A stretch of DNA of 64,000 bases, taken from contig JAJACP010000005.1 of the NCBI GenBank assembly GCA_022601445.1, positions 21,806 to 85,805 on the forward strand, given 5' to 3'. Source of the stretch: Chlamydiales bacterium. Its GTDB lineage: Bacteria > Chlamydiota > Chlamydiia > Chlamydiales > JAAKFR01. Of this stretch, positions 42,926-53,192 are shown piece after piece; within the stretch, counting starts at the first letter, position 1, and each line of letters starts with the position of its first letter. Made by a program: the position numbers and the translations under genes. The notes below the pieces were generated by a model. That model made no database searches. It was given only the letters and a program-made list of their open reading frames with translations, and was not told the DNA's origin.

Positions 42926-45395
42926 ATGTTTCTAAAGCGAGATCCTCTATCTGCTCAAACTCTAGCTTCTCGTCTTTGACCTTCACGAGATACCGTTTGG
43001 TCTCGCCGGGGTTGCGGATGAGCTTTTCGGCAAGTGGGTCTTCGATATATTGCTCGATCACGCGACGTAAAGGCCGCGCTCCCATCTCTGGCATATTCCC
43101 CAACTTAACCAAGAGGTGGATCGCCTCTTCTGTAAGCTCAACGTGTAGATCGTGCTTAGCCAGCCTTTTTTCCACTTTGTCGATCTCAAGATGGACAATG
43201 ACCGAAAGCGCTTCTTCATCCAGAGGCTTGAAGATGACAGTTCCATCCACTCGGTTGAGAAACTCGGGCTTCAGGTGCTTTTTCATGGCTCCTTCGATCT
43301 TCTCTTGAATCGTTTTGTAGTCAGGTACTCCTGTTTTCGAGCCAAAGCCAATCTCAGATGAACGGCGGATCAAATCGGCCCCCAAGTTGGAGGTCATGAT
43401 GACAATCGCATGACGGAAATCCACTTTTCTTCCTACTGAGTCGGTGAGCCGTCCCTCCTCTAGGATCTGCAACAGCAAATCCATCACATCGGGATGCGCC
43501 TTTTCAATCTCATCAAATAAAACAACGCAGTAAGGACGTTGACGCACTTGTTCGGTGAGCTGCCCACCCTCTTCGTGTCCGACATATCCTGGAGGGGAGC
43601 CTGTCATACGACTGACTGCAAATTTCTCCATGTATTCAGACATATCTACTTGAATCAGAGCGTCTTCACCTCCATACATGTGGATGGCTAGCAAGCGTGC
43701 CAGATGTGTTTTTCCTACACCTGTGGGGCCCAAAAAGAGGAATGAACCTGTGGGACGATTAGGATCTTTGATGCCTGTGCGCCCACGGCGAATCGCGCGA
43801 CACACAATATCGACCGCATCATCTTGGCCGATGATCTGTGAGCGGAGCATCTCTTCCATTTTTAAGAGCTTTTGTGTTTCTGCTTCTGTGAGTTGCGTGA
43901 CAGGAATGCCTGTTTGAGCTGCCACAACCAGTGCGACGGCATCTTCATCGACGGGGATCTGGTGCTCTTCTTTGTGTGTTTCCCACTCGGAGCGGATAGA
44001 CTGCAGTTTTTCTCGTAGCTTTTTCTCTTCGTCACGTAGGCGCGCTGCCTTTTCATACTCTTGTGTGCTGATCGACTTCTCCTTAGAGCGTCTGGTCTCT
44101 TCAATTTCAGTCTCTAAAGAAGAAATATCAGAGGGTTGATTCATCGTTGCCACGCGCATCCGCGCGCCCGCTTCATCTAGCAGGTCGATCGCTTTATCGG
44201 GTAAAAAGCGTCCATGGACATAACGGTCAGAAAGAATAGCTGCAGCTTGGAGTGCTTCATCGGTGATCGTGACATTGTGGTGATCTTCGTACTGTTTTTT
44301 CAAGCCGCGCAAAATTTCAATCGTATCTTCAACTGAAGGGGGTTGCACCACAATCTTTTGAAAGCGTCGCTCAAGAGCTCCATCTTTTTCGATGTGTTTG
44401 CGGTATTCATCTAGAGTTGTGGCACCAATACACTGCAGCTCGCCTCGAGAAAGAGCAGGCTTCAAGATATTTGAGGCGTCAATTGCTCCCTCAGCGGCTC
44501 CGGCACCCACAATTGTGTGCAACTCATCGATGAAAAGAAGGATGTTGCCATGCTTTTTAATCTCATCCATCACAGCTTTGATCCGCTCTTCAAACTGACC
44601 GCGGTATTTCGTTCCGGCGATCATGAGGGCTAAATCGAGTGTAATCAGTTTCTTTTTGCGCAGGTTATCGGGCACTTCTCCTTTGATGATGCGTTGCGCT
44701 AATCCCTCAACAATCGCCGTTTTACCCACACCCGCTTCTCCAATCAAGACTGGGTTGTTTTTGCGTCTGCGGCAAAGGATGAGGATCAACCGTTCGACCT
44801 CTTTATCACGCCCGATCACAGGATCGAGCTTCCCTTCACGGCTCATCTCGGTTAAGTCATAGCCGTAGGCCCGTAAAGCGGGGAGCTTTTCAGAACCTTT
44901 CTCTGAGGCTTTACCGCCACCTCCTGCAGACTGTCCAGCTGGAGGGAGTTGTAAATTAAAGGTTTCTAACTCTTTCAAGACCTCCTTACGCACTTCTTGT
45001 AAATCGACATTGAGATTTTCCAATACCTGAGCGGCCACGCCGTCTGTTTGGCGAAGTAGACCTAAAAGTAGATGCTCAGTTCCGACATAATTGTGTCCGA
45101 GATTAGAGGCCTCTTCATTTGCATATTCGAAGACTTTCTTAACACGGCCGGTGAGAGCAGGATCTCCATACACTTGAATTTCAGGGCCATAACCTACAAG
45201 GCGCTCCACTTCTTGGCGTACTGTTTCAAAATCAAGACCCAAATTTCGCAGGACATTCACTGCAACTCCCTGTCCTAATTTGAGAAGTCCAAGCAGAATG
45301 TGCTCGGTACCCAAGTAATTGTGGTTGAGCCTTTGGGCCTCTTTTTTTGCTAATTTGATGACTTGCTTTGCGCGATTCGTAAATTTATCAAACAT
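42918..45395 (-). CDS. clpC: ATP-dependent Clp protease ATP-binding subunit ClpC
   Basis: Double Clp_N repeat, two AAA+ modules (GEAGVGKT and GPTGVGKT), and a UVR-like linker [16 protein letters not shown]. Confidence 0.9.
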   Translation of the reverse strand: MFDKFTNRAKQVIKLAKKEAQRLNHNYLGTEHILLGLLKLGQGVAVNVLRNLGLDFETVRQEVERLVGYGPEIQVYGDPALTGRVKKVFEYANEEASNLGHNYVGTEHLLLGLLRQTDGVAAQVLENLNVDLQEVRKEVLKELETFNLQLPPAGQSAGGGGKASEKGSEKLPALRAYGYDLTEMSREGKLDPVIGRDKEVERLILILCRRRKNNPVLIGEAGVGKTAIVEGLAQRIIKGEVPDNLRKKKLITLDLALMIAGTKYRGQFEERIKAVMDEIKKHGNILLFIDELHTIVGAGAAEGAIDASNILKPALSRGELQCIGATTLDEYRKHIEKDGALERRFQKIVVQPPSVEDTIEILRGLKKQYEDHHNVTITDEALQAAAILSDRYVHGRFLPDKAIDLLDEAGARMRVATMNQPSDISSLETEIEETRRSKEKSISTQEYEKAARLRDEEKKLREKLQSIRSEWETHKEEHQIPVDEDAVALVVAAQTGIPVTQLTEAETQKLLKMEEMLRSQIIGQDDAVDIVCRAIRRGRTGIKDPNRPTGSFLFLGPTGVGKTHLARLLAIHMYGGEDALIQVDMSEYMEKFAVSRMTGSPPGYVGHEEGGQLTEQVRQRPYCVVLFDEIEKAHPDVMDLLLQILEEGRLTDSVGRKVDFRHAIVIMTSNLGADLIRRSSEIGFGSKTGVPDYKTIQEKIEGAMKKHLKPEFLNRVDGTVIFKPLDEEALSVIVHLEIDKVEKRLAKHDLHVELTEEAIHLLVKLGNMPEMGARPLRRVIEQYIEDPLAEKLIRNPGETKRYLVKVKDEKLEFEQIEDLALETSN

Positions 45396-45570
45396 CGATT
45401 TCTCACCGTTATCTCGTTAGGAATATAGCATATAGGGCATAAAGAATAATTAAACAAGCTCTACCCTCAACTTATTTTATATCCCAGCATGATCTTCTAT
45501 CAACCAATTTCTTAAAAGACATAAATCGATTGAAATTATGTAAATAATTTGTTAAGCTCCTTTCCTAATT

Positions 45571-46296
45571 ATGTGCATAAAGTGGAAATACATCGATACA
45601 GGAATACGGAGCGCGGCTGAAAACATGGCGCTTGATGCGGCTCTTCTTTCTGATTTGAAACACGAGCAACAGCCGATTTTGCATTTCTATGATTGGCGAG
45701 CAGACGCGGCCACCTATGGTCACTTCACCCAGCCTGAAGTGTTTTTAAACCTGGAAGCTGCTCATGCCCATGGTTTGGATTTGGCCAAGCGGCCAACCGG
45801 GGGAGGAATCATTTTTCACAACTGCGATTTTGCTTTTTCTGTTTTGATGCCGGCAACACATCCTGCTTTTTCGTCTAATCCTCTTGATAACTACGCTTTT
45901 GTGAATAACCGTGTCATGGAGGCGATTCAACCGCTGGTGTCTGATGTAGCTGCACTTCTTCCAGATGAACCTCAACCTTTAGATGCTCACTGTAAGCACT
46001 TTTGTATGGCCAAGCCGACAAAGTATGATGTGATGATCGGAGGGAAAAAAATAGGAGGCGCAGCGCAGCGCAAGACCCGTGATGGGTATTTACATCAAGG
46101 ATCGATTGCATTAGGGCTTCTACCCGAAGATTATCTGTATAAGGTGCTTGCGTCTGAAACTCAAGTCGTAGAAGCGATGCGAGCCAATAGTTTTACTCTG
46201 TTGGGTCCAGGGTGGACCCGCAACCAACTGATCGATGCGCGGCTAGAGCTGCGCTCCTCTCTTCAAAAAGTTTTTAACAATGAGTCCATTATATGA
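45571..46296 (+). CDS. lipoate-protein ligase / octanoyltransferase family protein (BPL_LplA_LipB domain)
   Basis: ENMALDAALL, RPTGGGIIFH, and GGKKIGGAAQRKTRDGYLHQGSI (catalytic Lys context). Confidence 0.75.
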   Translation: MCIKWKYIDTGIRSAAENMALDAALLSDLKHEQQPILHFYDWRADAATYGHFTQPEVFLNLEAAHAHGLDLAKRPTGGGIIFHNCDFAFSVLMPATHPAFSSNPLDNYAFVNNRVMEAIQPLVSDVAALLPDEPQPLDAHCKHFCMAKPTKYDVMIGGKKIGGAAQRKTRDGYLHQGSIALGLLPEDYLYKVLASETQVVEAMRANSFTLLGPGWTRNQLIDARLELRSSLQKVFNNESII

Positions 46297-47666
46297 ACCG
46301 TTTTTTCTCTGTTTTTCTGTGTCTCTGTGCCTTTACTTGTTTGAGTCTCAAGGCTGAGGAAAAAACCGATATCATTGTGTGTGATAATGGTTTGGAAATG
46401 TTTGCCTGGGATCTTGAGTTTATCCGTCATGCCACCCAGTCGATCGATATTTCGGCTTGCTTTTTTGGAGGGACCATCGCGCGCGAGCTACTCACAGAGA
46501 TTGAGGCGCGCTTGGAGGTGTGCCCTGATATCCAGGTGCGCATTTTGGCGACACCAATTCTTCTGGAGAGAGCAGATTACGTCATTATCAACCGTTTACA
46601 AGAGAAGTATCCTCTTCATTTTCATCTTGAACACGCCACCAATGTCACAGTTGTCTGGCCTGATGTCACTGGAATTGATAACCATGTCAAACTCTGTGTG
46701 ATTGACGAGAGGTACTTTTCCATGGGAGGCACCAATTTAGATGAGTCGCAGTGTTCAGATGGCACCTTTACCCCTAATCGGAACAATAATAAGCTGAATA
46801 TGATTGCAGCGAATCTTCCTGCTGGAATGCGTGACCAAGACATTGTGGGGCGTGGGCCGATTGCCAAACAGATCAGAGAGACCTTCTGCAAGATTTTCTC
46901 TCTTTGGAATCACTACAACACCACTAAGCGTCTTGAAAGAAATCCCGAGGTCTTTGCAGACAACTCCTATTACTTTCCTGTAACAGCCCAGCCCTTTGTG
47001 GAACGGTTTGAAACGTCAGAGCAGTTGATTCCCTTAGAACAAGGGCAGATGAAGTATCTACTGTGTGGACCTCATCAAAAGACCAATGTCATCACTCAAG
47101 AGTACGTGCGCCTGATTCAAGAGGCGAAAAAAGAGATCAAGATTGCCAATCTCTATGTCGCTCCGGCAAAACCCATTTTTGATGCGCTTTTGGCTGCTGT
47201 CAACCGAGGTATAAAGTTGACTATCATCTCGAATGGAGTCGGCAAAAATACACCTGAGTACACCCGTTTTTTTGGATGGGCGAACCGGATGTCCTACATT
47301 CCTCTCCTACATGGACAGCACTTTCACTTTTGGGATTACTGGTCGGTGAAGAGTAAAGAGCCTAAAAACACGCACATTTATGAGTATGATGTCAAAGATG
47401 TTCTACTCCATAAGAAGCTGATGATCATTGATGACCACAGTTTTGTAGTGGGCAGCTACAACCTGGGTCTGAAAAGTGATCTTTCAGATTATGAGACCGT
47501 TATGGTGATCCAATCCCCAGAAGCTGTTGTTGCTATCAATGAGGTTTTTGCGCGAGATCTAGCGCATAGTCGCCTCGTTACCCCTGAAGAGGCATGTGGT
47601 TGGTACTTTGACCCCGGCACCTCATACTTGGGAGAGCTTCAAAGACGTTTTCATGGGCTTTTATAG
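46293..47666 (+). CDS. secreted phospholipase D-superfamily protein (two HKD motifs)
   Basis: Signal peptide. HKD motifs NHVKLCVIDERYFSMGGTNL and LHKKLMIIDDHSFVVGSYNL. Confidence 0.8.
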   Translation: MNRFFSVFLCLCAFTCLSLKAEEKTDIIVCDNGLEMFAWDLEFIRHATQSIDISACFFGGTIARELLTEIEARLEVCPDIQVRILATPILLERADYVIINRLQEKYPLHFHLEHATNVTVVWPDVTGIDNHVKLCVIDERYFSMGGTNLDESQCSDGTFTPNRNNNKLNMIAANLPAGMRDQDIVGRGPIAKQIRETFCKIFSLWNHYNTTKRLERNPEVFADNSYYFPVTAQPFVERFETSEQLIPLEQGQMKYLLCGPHQKTNVITQEYVRLIQEAKKEIKIANLYVAPAKPIFDALLAAVNRGIKLTIISNGVGKNTPEYTRFFGWANRMSYIPLLHGQHFHFWDYWSVKSKEPKNTHIYEYDVKDVLLHKKLMIIDDHSFVVGSYNLGLKSDLSDYETVMVIQSPEAVVAINEVFARDLAHSRLVTPEEACGWYFDPGTSYLGELQRRFHGLL

Positions 47667-47732
47667 AACACCTTTGCTGATAAAACTAAAAGGGGTATAA
47701 TCCCTATTTTTCAAGTTAAGGATGAGCTTGCG

Positions 47733-49745
47733 ATGCTGCACTTTTTTAGAAAACATCAGAAATACTTTTTTCTCTTTACCACGATCATTATTGTGACCAG
47801 CTTTGCGTTTTTCGGCACCTACCAGGCGTTTGCACCCACGCCGGGTGGTCGCTCGGGTCCTGATGAGGTTGTGTTTCACTGCGTGGATGGAAAAGCAGTT
47901 AGACAGTCTTATCTTGACCACATGGCCCTCTTTCTTGAAAGAGAGGAGTGGATGCAGTCGTCAAAACTCTTCGATGCCAATTACCTAAACGATGGGGTGA
48001 TTTCGAAAGATTTTCTGGAATCGGGCCTCTCTAAGCCTCTTCTCACCACATTTGCCCCTCTTTATCACGATCAACTGCTCTCCCGTTTTGAAAAAGAGCA
48101 GAACTATACGCCCTATAAGCACCCTTATATTCCTACTTTGACAGCTGATGCCATTTGGGCTCTTTTTGCTCCGGAGATTCCTGAAAAGTTAGCTGCCCTA
48201 CAGGCAAGTGCAGATCCTGTTGAGTCTTTTGAGTCGCGCGTTGAGCTTTTTTTGGCAGAAAGAAACTTTCCTCCTGCTTTTTTGACTCAAGTGATGCGCT
48301 ATCAGGAGAATGACGCGCCGCGCGCTCCCAGAGATCCTCGTTTAATGAAAGATGTGGTGAGTCTCTTTGGTTACCGTAACCACTCTGACTGGTTTGGTGA
48401 AAAGTTTGTTCAAAATGTTGCAGAGGTCGTGATTAATACAGCGGCCATTGCCCGTCAAAAAGGGTATTCTGTCTCTTATGAAGAGGCGTTAACAGACTTG
48501 CTTTTCAAAAGTCAGAAAACCTATGCGGCTATTGCTGAGCATGCGACCATTCCTGTTGAGAGTGGAGAGGAGTTTTTCCGAGTCTATCTCAGTCAAAAAG
48601 GGTTAGATGAGCCAACAGCTGTTCGTATTTGGGAAGAGATCACCCTTTTTAGGCGTATGATGCAGGAAGTGGGATCAGCGGCTCTTGTGGATACGCTCCC
48701 TCTCGAGCAGTTTTATGCTTATGCCCATGAAAAAGCGACAGTTGAGCTTTGCCAGATGGCCCCTGAGCTCCGCCTTTCCACCGAGGAAGAGGCGCAGAGC
48801 TTTCAAGTCTATCTCACAGCAGTTGCCCCTTCAGCCACGGGGGAGATTCCACTCAACCACGATCCCATAGAGGTCATTGCAAAAAGAGCTCCGGAGCTGG
48901 TGGGGAGCCGGTATCGCCTCTACATTGGCGCTGTTAACAAAGAGGCTTTACAAGGCAAGGTGAGTGTGAAAGAGACGTGGGATTGGGAAGTAGCCAATTG
49001 GGATACACTGCTCACTGTTTTCCCTGAGCTTGCCCAAAAAGAGGGAACGCCCTTTGAACGTCTGGAAAAAGTTGATAAACGGGAGAGAATCGATGCCTAT
49101 GCCCGCCTACAAATCATCGAACAACATCCAGAGTGGGTTGATGAAGCGGTTAGACAGGCGGACATGCGCGAGCAGGAGCTTTTTTTAAGCCGAGCGAGTG
49201 AAAACGAGCCGTTGGCAGGTGTTTCAGATCGCCTCGCTTTGCAAAAAGTTTTAGATGAGCAAAACGAGATTCTAGGTTTCACGCAAGATCAGAAAAACTA
49301 CTATCGTATTATTGTCGATGAGCGCGCCTCTGAACCTGAGCTATTGACGTTTAAAGAGGCTAAAAAACAAGGACTTTTAAAGCCTATAGATCAGAAGGGA
49401 GCCGTATCGTTTGCCGCTTACTTGGAGACGTATTGTCAAGCGCCTGCTGAGGGGACATTAGCAAGTCAATGGGTCATCGAGAAAAAAGAGAAGAGTGTCA
49501 CGCGCGCAGCTGAGAGCTTTCTTTCGTTAGATACGATTTTAGCCCTTGATTCAGATCAGTTTTCTGCAGTCGCTCAGGATGAAAAAGAGGGACCTTACTG
49601 CTTTCGTGTCAAAGAGGTGATGATGGATACCACCATTCCGATGCAGAAGTGGATGGAGGCGCAGGAGCTGCTTGCCAAAGAGATGCGCTCTCAATTTTTT
49701 GAAAACATGCTGGGTCAATTATGCTCGAAGAACTTGTCCCATTAG
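47733..49745 (+). CDS. membrane-anchored periplasmic protein, PpiD/SurA_N-like (tentative)
   Basis: N-terminus MLHFFRKHQKYFFLFTTIIIVTSFAFFG resembles the PpiD anchor region. The remainder is long and soluble. No clear parvulin signature seen. Confidence 0.45.
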   Translation: MLHFFRKHQKYFFLFTTIIIVTSFAFFGTYQAFAPTPGGRSGPDEVVFHCVDGKAVRQSYLDHMALFLEREEWMQSSKLFDANYLNDGVISKDFLESGLSKPLLTTFAPLYHDQLLSRFEKEQNYTPYKHPYIPTLTADAIWALFAPEIPEKLAALQASADPVESFESRVELFLAERNFPPAFLTQVMRYQENDAPRAPRDPRLMKDVVSLFGYRNHSDWFGEKFVQNVAEVVINTAAIARQKGYSVSYEEALTDLLFKSQKTYAAIAEHATIPVESGEEFFRVYLSQKGLDEPTAVRIWEEITLFRRMMQEVGSAALVDTLPLEQFYAYAHEKATVELCQMAPELRLSTEEEAQSFQVYLTAVAPSATGEIPLNHDPIEVIAKRAPELVGSRYRLYIGAVNKEALQGKVSVKETWDWEVANWDTLLTVFPELAQKEGTPFERLEKVDKRERIDAYARLQIIEQHPEWVDEAVRQADMREQELFLSRASENEPLAGVSDRLALQKVLDEQNEILGFTQDQKNYYRIIVDERASEPELLTFKEAKKQGLLKPIDQKGAVSFAAYLETYCQAPAEGTLASQWVIEKKEKSVTRAAESFLSLDTILALDSDQFSAVAQDEKEGPYCFRVKEVMMDTTIPMQKWMEAQELLAKEMRSQFFENMLGQLCSKNLSH

Positions 49746-50344
49746 CCCCCGTCCACTTCTTCCAGATCCAGGCCGACTGCCTCTATGGAAAGCGAGTGGG
49801 CGACAAACATGTCCTTCCTGATCTATCAGCACTGACAGGGCAAAAATCCTTTGCGTATCTCTTTCTCGCTTGGAATGAAGGAGGAGTGCGCCTTCGCATT
49901 GAGGTTGAAGGCTCTTTTACCGAGCCCGATTTCCCCAATTTCCAAACTGCTGACTCTATCGAGCTCTTTTTTGACACACGCGATGTCAAGACCTCCGGAT
50001 TTAATACTCGTTTTTGTCATCACTTCTATTTTTTGCCGATTGCGGTTCAAAATAATGGCGATTCGATTCAGGCGGGTGAAGTAACGCGTTTTCGTACTGA
50101 GGATCGGCATGAATTGTGTGACGCGTCACAACTAGAGATCAAAAAGGTAAAGACAGGAAAATTTGATATTTTGATTCCTGCAGAATGTTTACATGGGTAT
50201 GATCCTTCTCAGTTTAACCGGCTGGGTTTTACGTATCGGATTAACCGCATTAATGGAGCATCGCAGATTTTTTCTGCACATGATGAAGACTTTTCAATTG
50301 AACAACAACCCTCGCTTTGGGCGAGTTTGGTCATGACTAAATGA
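49721..50344 (+). CDS. hypothetical protein
   Basis: 207-aa ORF overlapping its neighbours by 25 nt and 4 nt on the same strand. No motif recognised. Confidence 0.5.
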   Translation: MLEELVPLAPVHFFQIQADCLYGKRVGDKHVLPDLSALTGQKSFAYLFLAWNEGGVRLRIEVEGSFTEPDFPNFQTADSIELFFDTRDVKTSGFNTRFCHHFYFLPIAVQNNGDSIQAGEVTRFRTEDRHELCDASQLEIKKVKTGKFDILIPAECLHGYDPSQFNRLGFTYRINRINGASQIFSAHDEDFSIEQQPSLWASLVMTK

Positions 50345-50715
50345 AATATACAGAATCACACGAATGGGTTCGGCTAGGGGCCACTTTAGCCACAGTAGGC
50401 ATCACAGATTACGCGCAGAAAGAGCTTGGAGACATTGTCTATGTCGAGCTTCCAACGGTTGGGCATCCTGTTGCGGCAGGCGATGAGGTGGTTGTCTTGG
50501 AGTCGACTAAGGCGGCAGTGGACATCTACACTCCAGTTTCGGGGGAAATTGCGGAGGTGAATACATCTTTGCGCGAGTTTCCAGAGAAGGTGAACGGTTC
50601 GGCTGAGAGTGAGGGGTGGCTTTTCAAAATCAAGCTAAGCCAACCTGAGCAGCTAGAGGCTTTTCTAGATGAGAAGGGCTATCACAAGCACCTAAAGTCT
50701 GAGACTGTTGAATAA
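50341..50715 (+). CDS. gcvH: glycine cleavage system H protein (lipoyl carrier)
   Basis: YTESHEWV and the lipoyl-lysine motif VLESTKAAVDIYTPVSGEI. Confidence 0.9.
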   Translation: MKYTESHEWVRLGATLATVGITDYAQKELGDIVYVELPTVGHPVAAGDEVVVLESTKAAVDIYTPVSGEIAEVNTSLREFPEKVNGSAESEGWLFKIKLSQPEQLEAFLDEKGYHKHLKSETVE

Positions 50716-50725
50716 TTGTTCTTTG

Positions 50726-50834
50726 CACCATCTTTTGGCTGATTTCGTTCTATTTTTTCGATCTTTCGCTCGGTCTACCACCTGTACAACCAGTACTCAA
50801 AATCGAAAAACTAGAAGCAAAATCCCCAAAAGTG
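50726..50834. repeat. ~109-bp imperfect palindromic (MITE-like) intergenic element
   Basis: Left arm caccatcttttggctgatttcgttctattttttcgatctttcgctcgg. Reverse complement of the right arm cacttttggggattttgcttctagtttttcgattttgagtactgg. Lies between the convergent gcvH and nqrE. Confidence 0.65.
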
Positions 50835-50875
50835 CTCTTTTCAGCATTCCATCCTTGATCCCATTCGCCTTACGT

Positions 50876-51607
50876 CTAAAAAGATGCAATGGGGGTCTCT
50901 TTGCTGGACTTGAACATGTCCTCTTCCTGGATGGGGAGATCCTGGCCGGAGGGGCGCGCGAGATCAATGCCGAGTAGACCCATAAAGGCCATCGCCATCA
51001 AGCCCGTCATAATGAATGTGATCCCCATCCCCTGAAGCCCCTTAGGAATATGCGAATAGGTGAGCTTCTCTCTAATGGCTGCAATCAAGGCAATGGCCAG
51101 CCACCACCCAAGCCCCGAACCAAGCGAAAAGATGAGGTTCGCAAAAAGAGGATACTCACGCGTCACCGCAAAAAGTACACCCCCCAAAATAGCACAGTTC
51201 ACTGTGATCAAGGGAAGAAACATGCCCAAAGAGTGATAGAGCGGCGGGGAAAACCGCTCAATGACAATCTCAAGCACCTGAACAAACGCCGCAATCACCG
51301 AAATAAAGACGATTAATTCAAGGAAGCTTAAGTTGATTGCGGCTCCATCAATGCCAATGAAGCTGAGCCAAGCAAGCGCTCCTTTGCCTGTAATAAATTG
51401 ATGTACAAACCAGTTAAGCACGCCCGCACAGGTGAGCACAACGGTGACGGCCATCCCGAGGCCATTGGCGGTCCCGACACGGTTGGAGCACGCTAGGTAG
51501 CTACACATGCCCAAAAAATAAGAGAGCAAAATATTTTGGATAAAGATCGACTGAATCAGGAGTCCAAAGAGGTTCAGAAGTGTGTAGTCGCCCATCCACA
51601 TAATCAA
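50876..51607 (-). CDS. nqrE: Na+-translocating NADH:quinone oxidoreductase subunit E
   Basis: [23 protein letters not shown] and [10 protein letters not shown]. Carries an extra C-terminal tail relative to Vibrio NqrE. Confidence 0.9.
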   Translation of the reverse strand: MIMWMGDYTLLNLFGLLIQSIFIQNILLSYFLGMCSYLACSNRVGTANGLGMAVTVVLTCAGVLNWFVHQFITGKGALAWLSFIGIDGAAINLSFLELIVFISVIAAFVQVLEIVIERFSPPLYHSLGMFLPLITVNCAILGGVLFAVTREYPLFANLIFSLGSGLGWWLAIALIAAIREKLTYSHIPKGLQGMGITFIMTGLMAMAFMGLLGIDLARPSGQDLPIQEEDMFKSSKETPIASF

Positions 51608-52251
51608 TACGCCGGTTTATCAGGTTTACTAATCAAATTTGCGATCCAAATAAAAAAGCCTAAAATAAAAAAAGCGGCAGGAGCTAGCACCATTAAACTG
51701 AGATTCTCATAGGCGTCGGGGTGCTCAGCTGTGGCATACCATGCCTCCGGGATCAACTGAATGCCAAACAGCTGCCCAAAACCAAAAAATTCACGTAGAC
51801 CCGCAACCAAAAAGAGAATATACGCATACCCCAGCCCAGCTGCCACCCCGTCTAAAAAGGCAGGAATAGGGGGAACGTTCCGTGCCATGCTCTCGGTGCG
51901 CCCCATCACAAGGCAGTTGGTGATAATCAACCCCACAAACACAGATAGGGTTTTAGAGATGTTGAAAAAATAGGCTCGCAAAAACTGATCCACGATAATC
52001 ACAAAAGACGAAATAATGGCCAGCTGCGTGATCATGCGGACACTATCAGGGGTGAAGCGGCGTAGAAGAGAGACAAATAAGCAAGAAAACCCCGTTACCA
52101 GACTAACAGCGATTCCCATGGTCAAGGCGGTAGCCAAGGTTGTAGTGACCGCAAGAGCCGAGCAGATTCCCAATATGGCAACCAAAATCTGGTTGTTTTT
52201 CCACAAGGGTTCTAAAAAGTAGGTCTTGAGAGAGGGACGTTTTTCCGCCAT
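51604..52251 (-). CDS. nqrD: Na+-translocating NADH:quinone oxidoreductase subunit D
   Basis: [11 protein letters not shown] and [15 protein letters not shown]. Collinear with Vibrio NqrD. Confidence 0.9.
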   Translation of the reverse strand: MAEKRPSLKTYFLEPLWKNNQILVAILGICSALAVTTTLATALTMGIAVSLVTGFSCLFVSLLRRFTPDSVRMITQLAIISSFVIIVDQFLRAYFFNISKTLSVFVGLIITNCLVMGRTESMARNVPPIPAFLDGVAAGLGYAYILFLVAGLREFFGFGQLFGIQLIPEAWYATAEHPDAYENLSLMVLAPAAFFILGFFIWIANLISKPDKPAY

Positions 52252-53192
52252 CAGCTTGTCTCCGCTTTATTCAGCTTAATTAAAAATTCCCGGTAAGGTG
52301 TAAGAGAACTTTTGTAAGCAGCTGTGACACCTTCTCCTGTTAATGTAGATCCCGAAATCCCATCAACGGCACTTTTTGCTTTCGGAGAGTCTCGATAGAC
52401 ATCACTGACTTTTCCTTTTACCACGATAATGCCCATGTCAGCTGTTTGCAGATCAACTGAACCCTCAGAGGATTCCTGAAATACGAGTTTTCCAAAGAAT
52501 TGTTTCTGCCACCATGCTTCGGCGATGTTAGCGCCAAGACCAGGTGTCTCACCGTGATCATACCAAGTTGTTCCTAGTACTTCATCGCCGTTCGGTCCAA
52601 TGGCAATATAGCCATAAATCGGCGCCCAAAGGCCAAAGCCTGAAACGGGAATCACAAATACTGATGCTTGTGTGATCTCTTGAGCCAAGTCTGCAGCTGT
52701 GATCTTTCCTGCGTTGGGCTCGTTGGGAAGAATGGCATAGAAGAGCTTTTGTGGTAAATTGGCGTATCCTGTTTTTTTGTTGTCTTCAAGATACTGAGCT
52801 TCAGTTAACTGGTTTTGGTCAAATGTGGAAACGACGCCTGCTTGATTCGTGAGCAGGGGGCGTATGCGTAGAGCGGAGATCTCTTTGATTTGATCGTCAG
52901 TTGCTTGAACAGGAGCACCTTCAGTTTTTACAAGGATCTTTTGATTGGAATCAAAGGTGGCGGGAATGAGTGTATCTCCCTCAAGTAGCTCAAAATACCC
53001 ATTACTGTTTAGGATTTTAGCTGCGATCAGCATCTGCTTGCTCTGGTCGAAATCTTTGGCCTCTTTTTGCGGTATCGATAGGCCATACGCGATAACAGCA
53101 AGAAGTAATCCGCATGTAAAGCAGAGGCTTACGATGAAAAGTAGAACCTGAAAGTCGGTATGCGGAGCGCGTTTATGCTTGGGCTCGGCCAC
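52251..53192 (-). CDS. nqrC: Na+-translocating NADH:quinone oxidoreductase subunit C
   Basis: N-terminal TM anchor and the FMN-attachment motif [13 protein letters not shown]. Confidence 0.85.
   Translation of the reverse strand: MAEPKHKRAPHTDFQVLLFIVSLCFTCGLLLAVIAYGLSIPQKEAKDFDQSKQMLIAAKILNSNGYFELLEGDTLIPATFDSNQKILVKTEGAPVQATDDQIKEISALRIRPLLTNQAGVVSTFDQNQLTEAQYLEDNKKTGYANLPQKLFYAILPNEPNAGKITAADLAQEITQASVFVIPVSGFGLWAPIYGYIAIGPNGDEVLGTTWYDHGETPGLGANIAEAWWQKQFFGKLVFQESSEGSVDLQTADMGIIVVKGKVSDVYRDSPKAKSAVDGISGSTLTGEGVTAAYKSSLTPYREFLIKLNKAETS

Noticed and set aside
45396-45570. clpC/lplA divergent spacer inspected for a CIRCE-type (TTAGCACTC-N9-GAGTGCTAA) heat-shock operator
   Set aside because: No such inverted repeat is present, and no other convincing operator was recognised.
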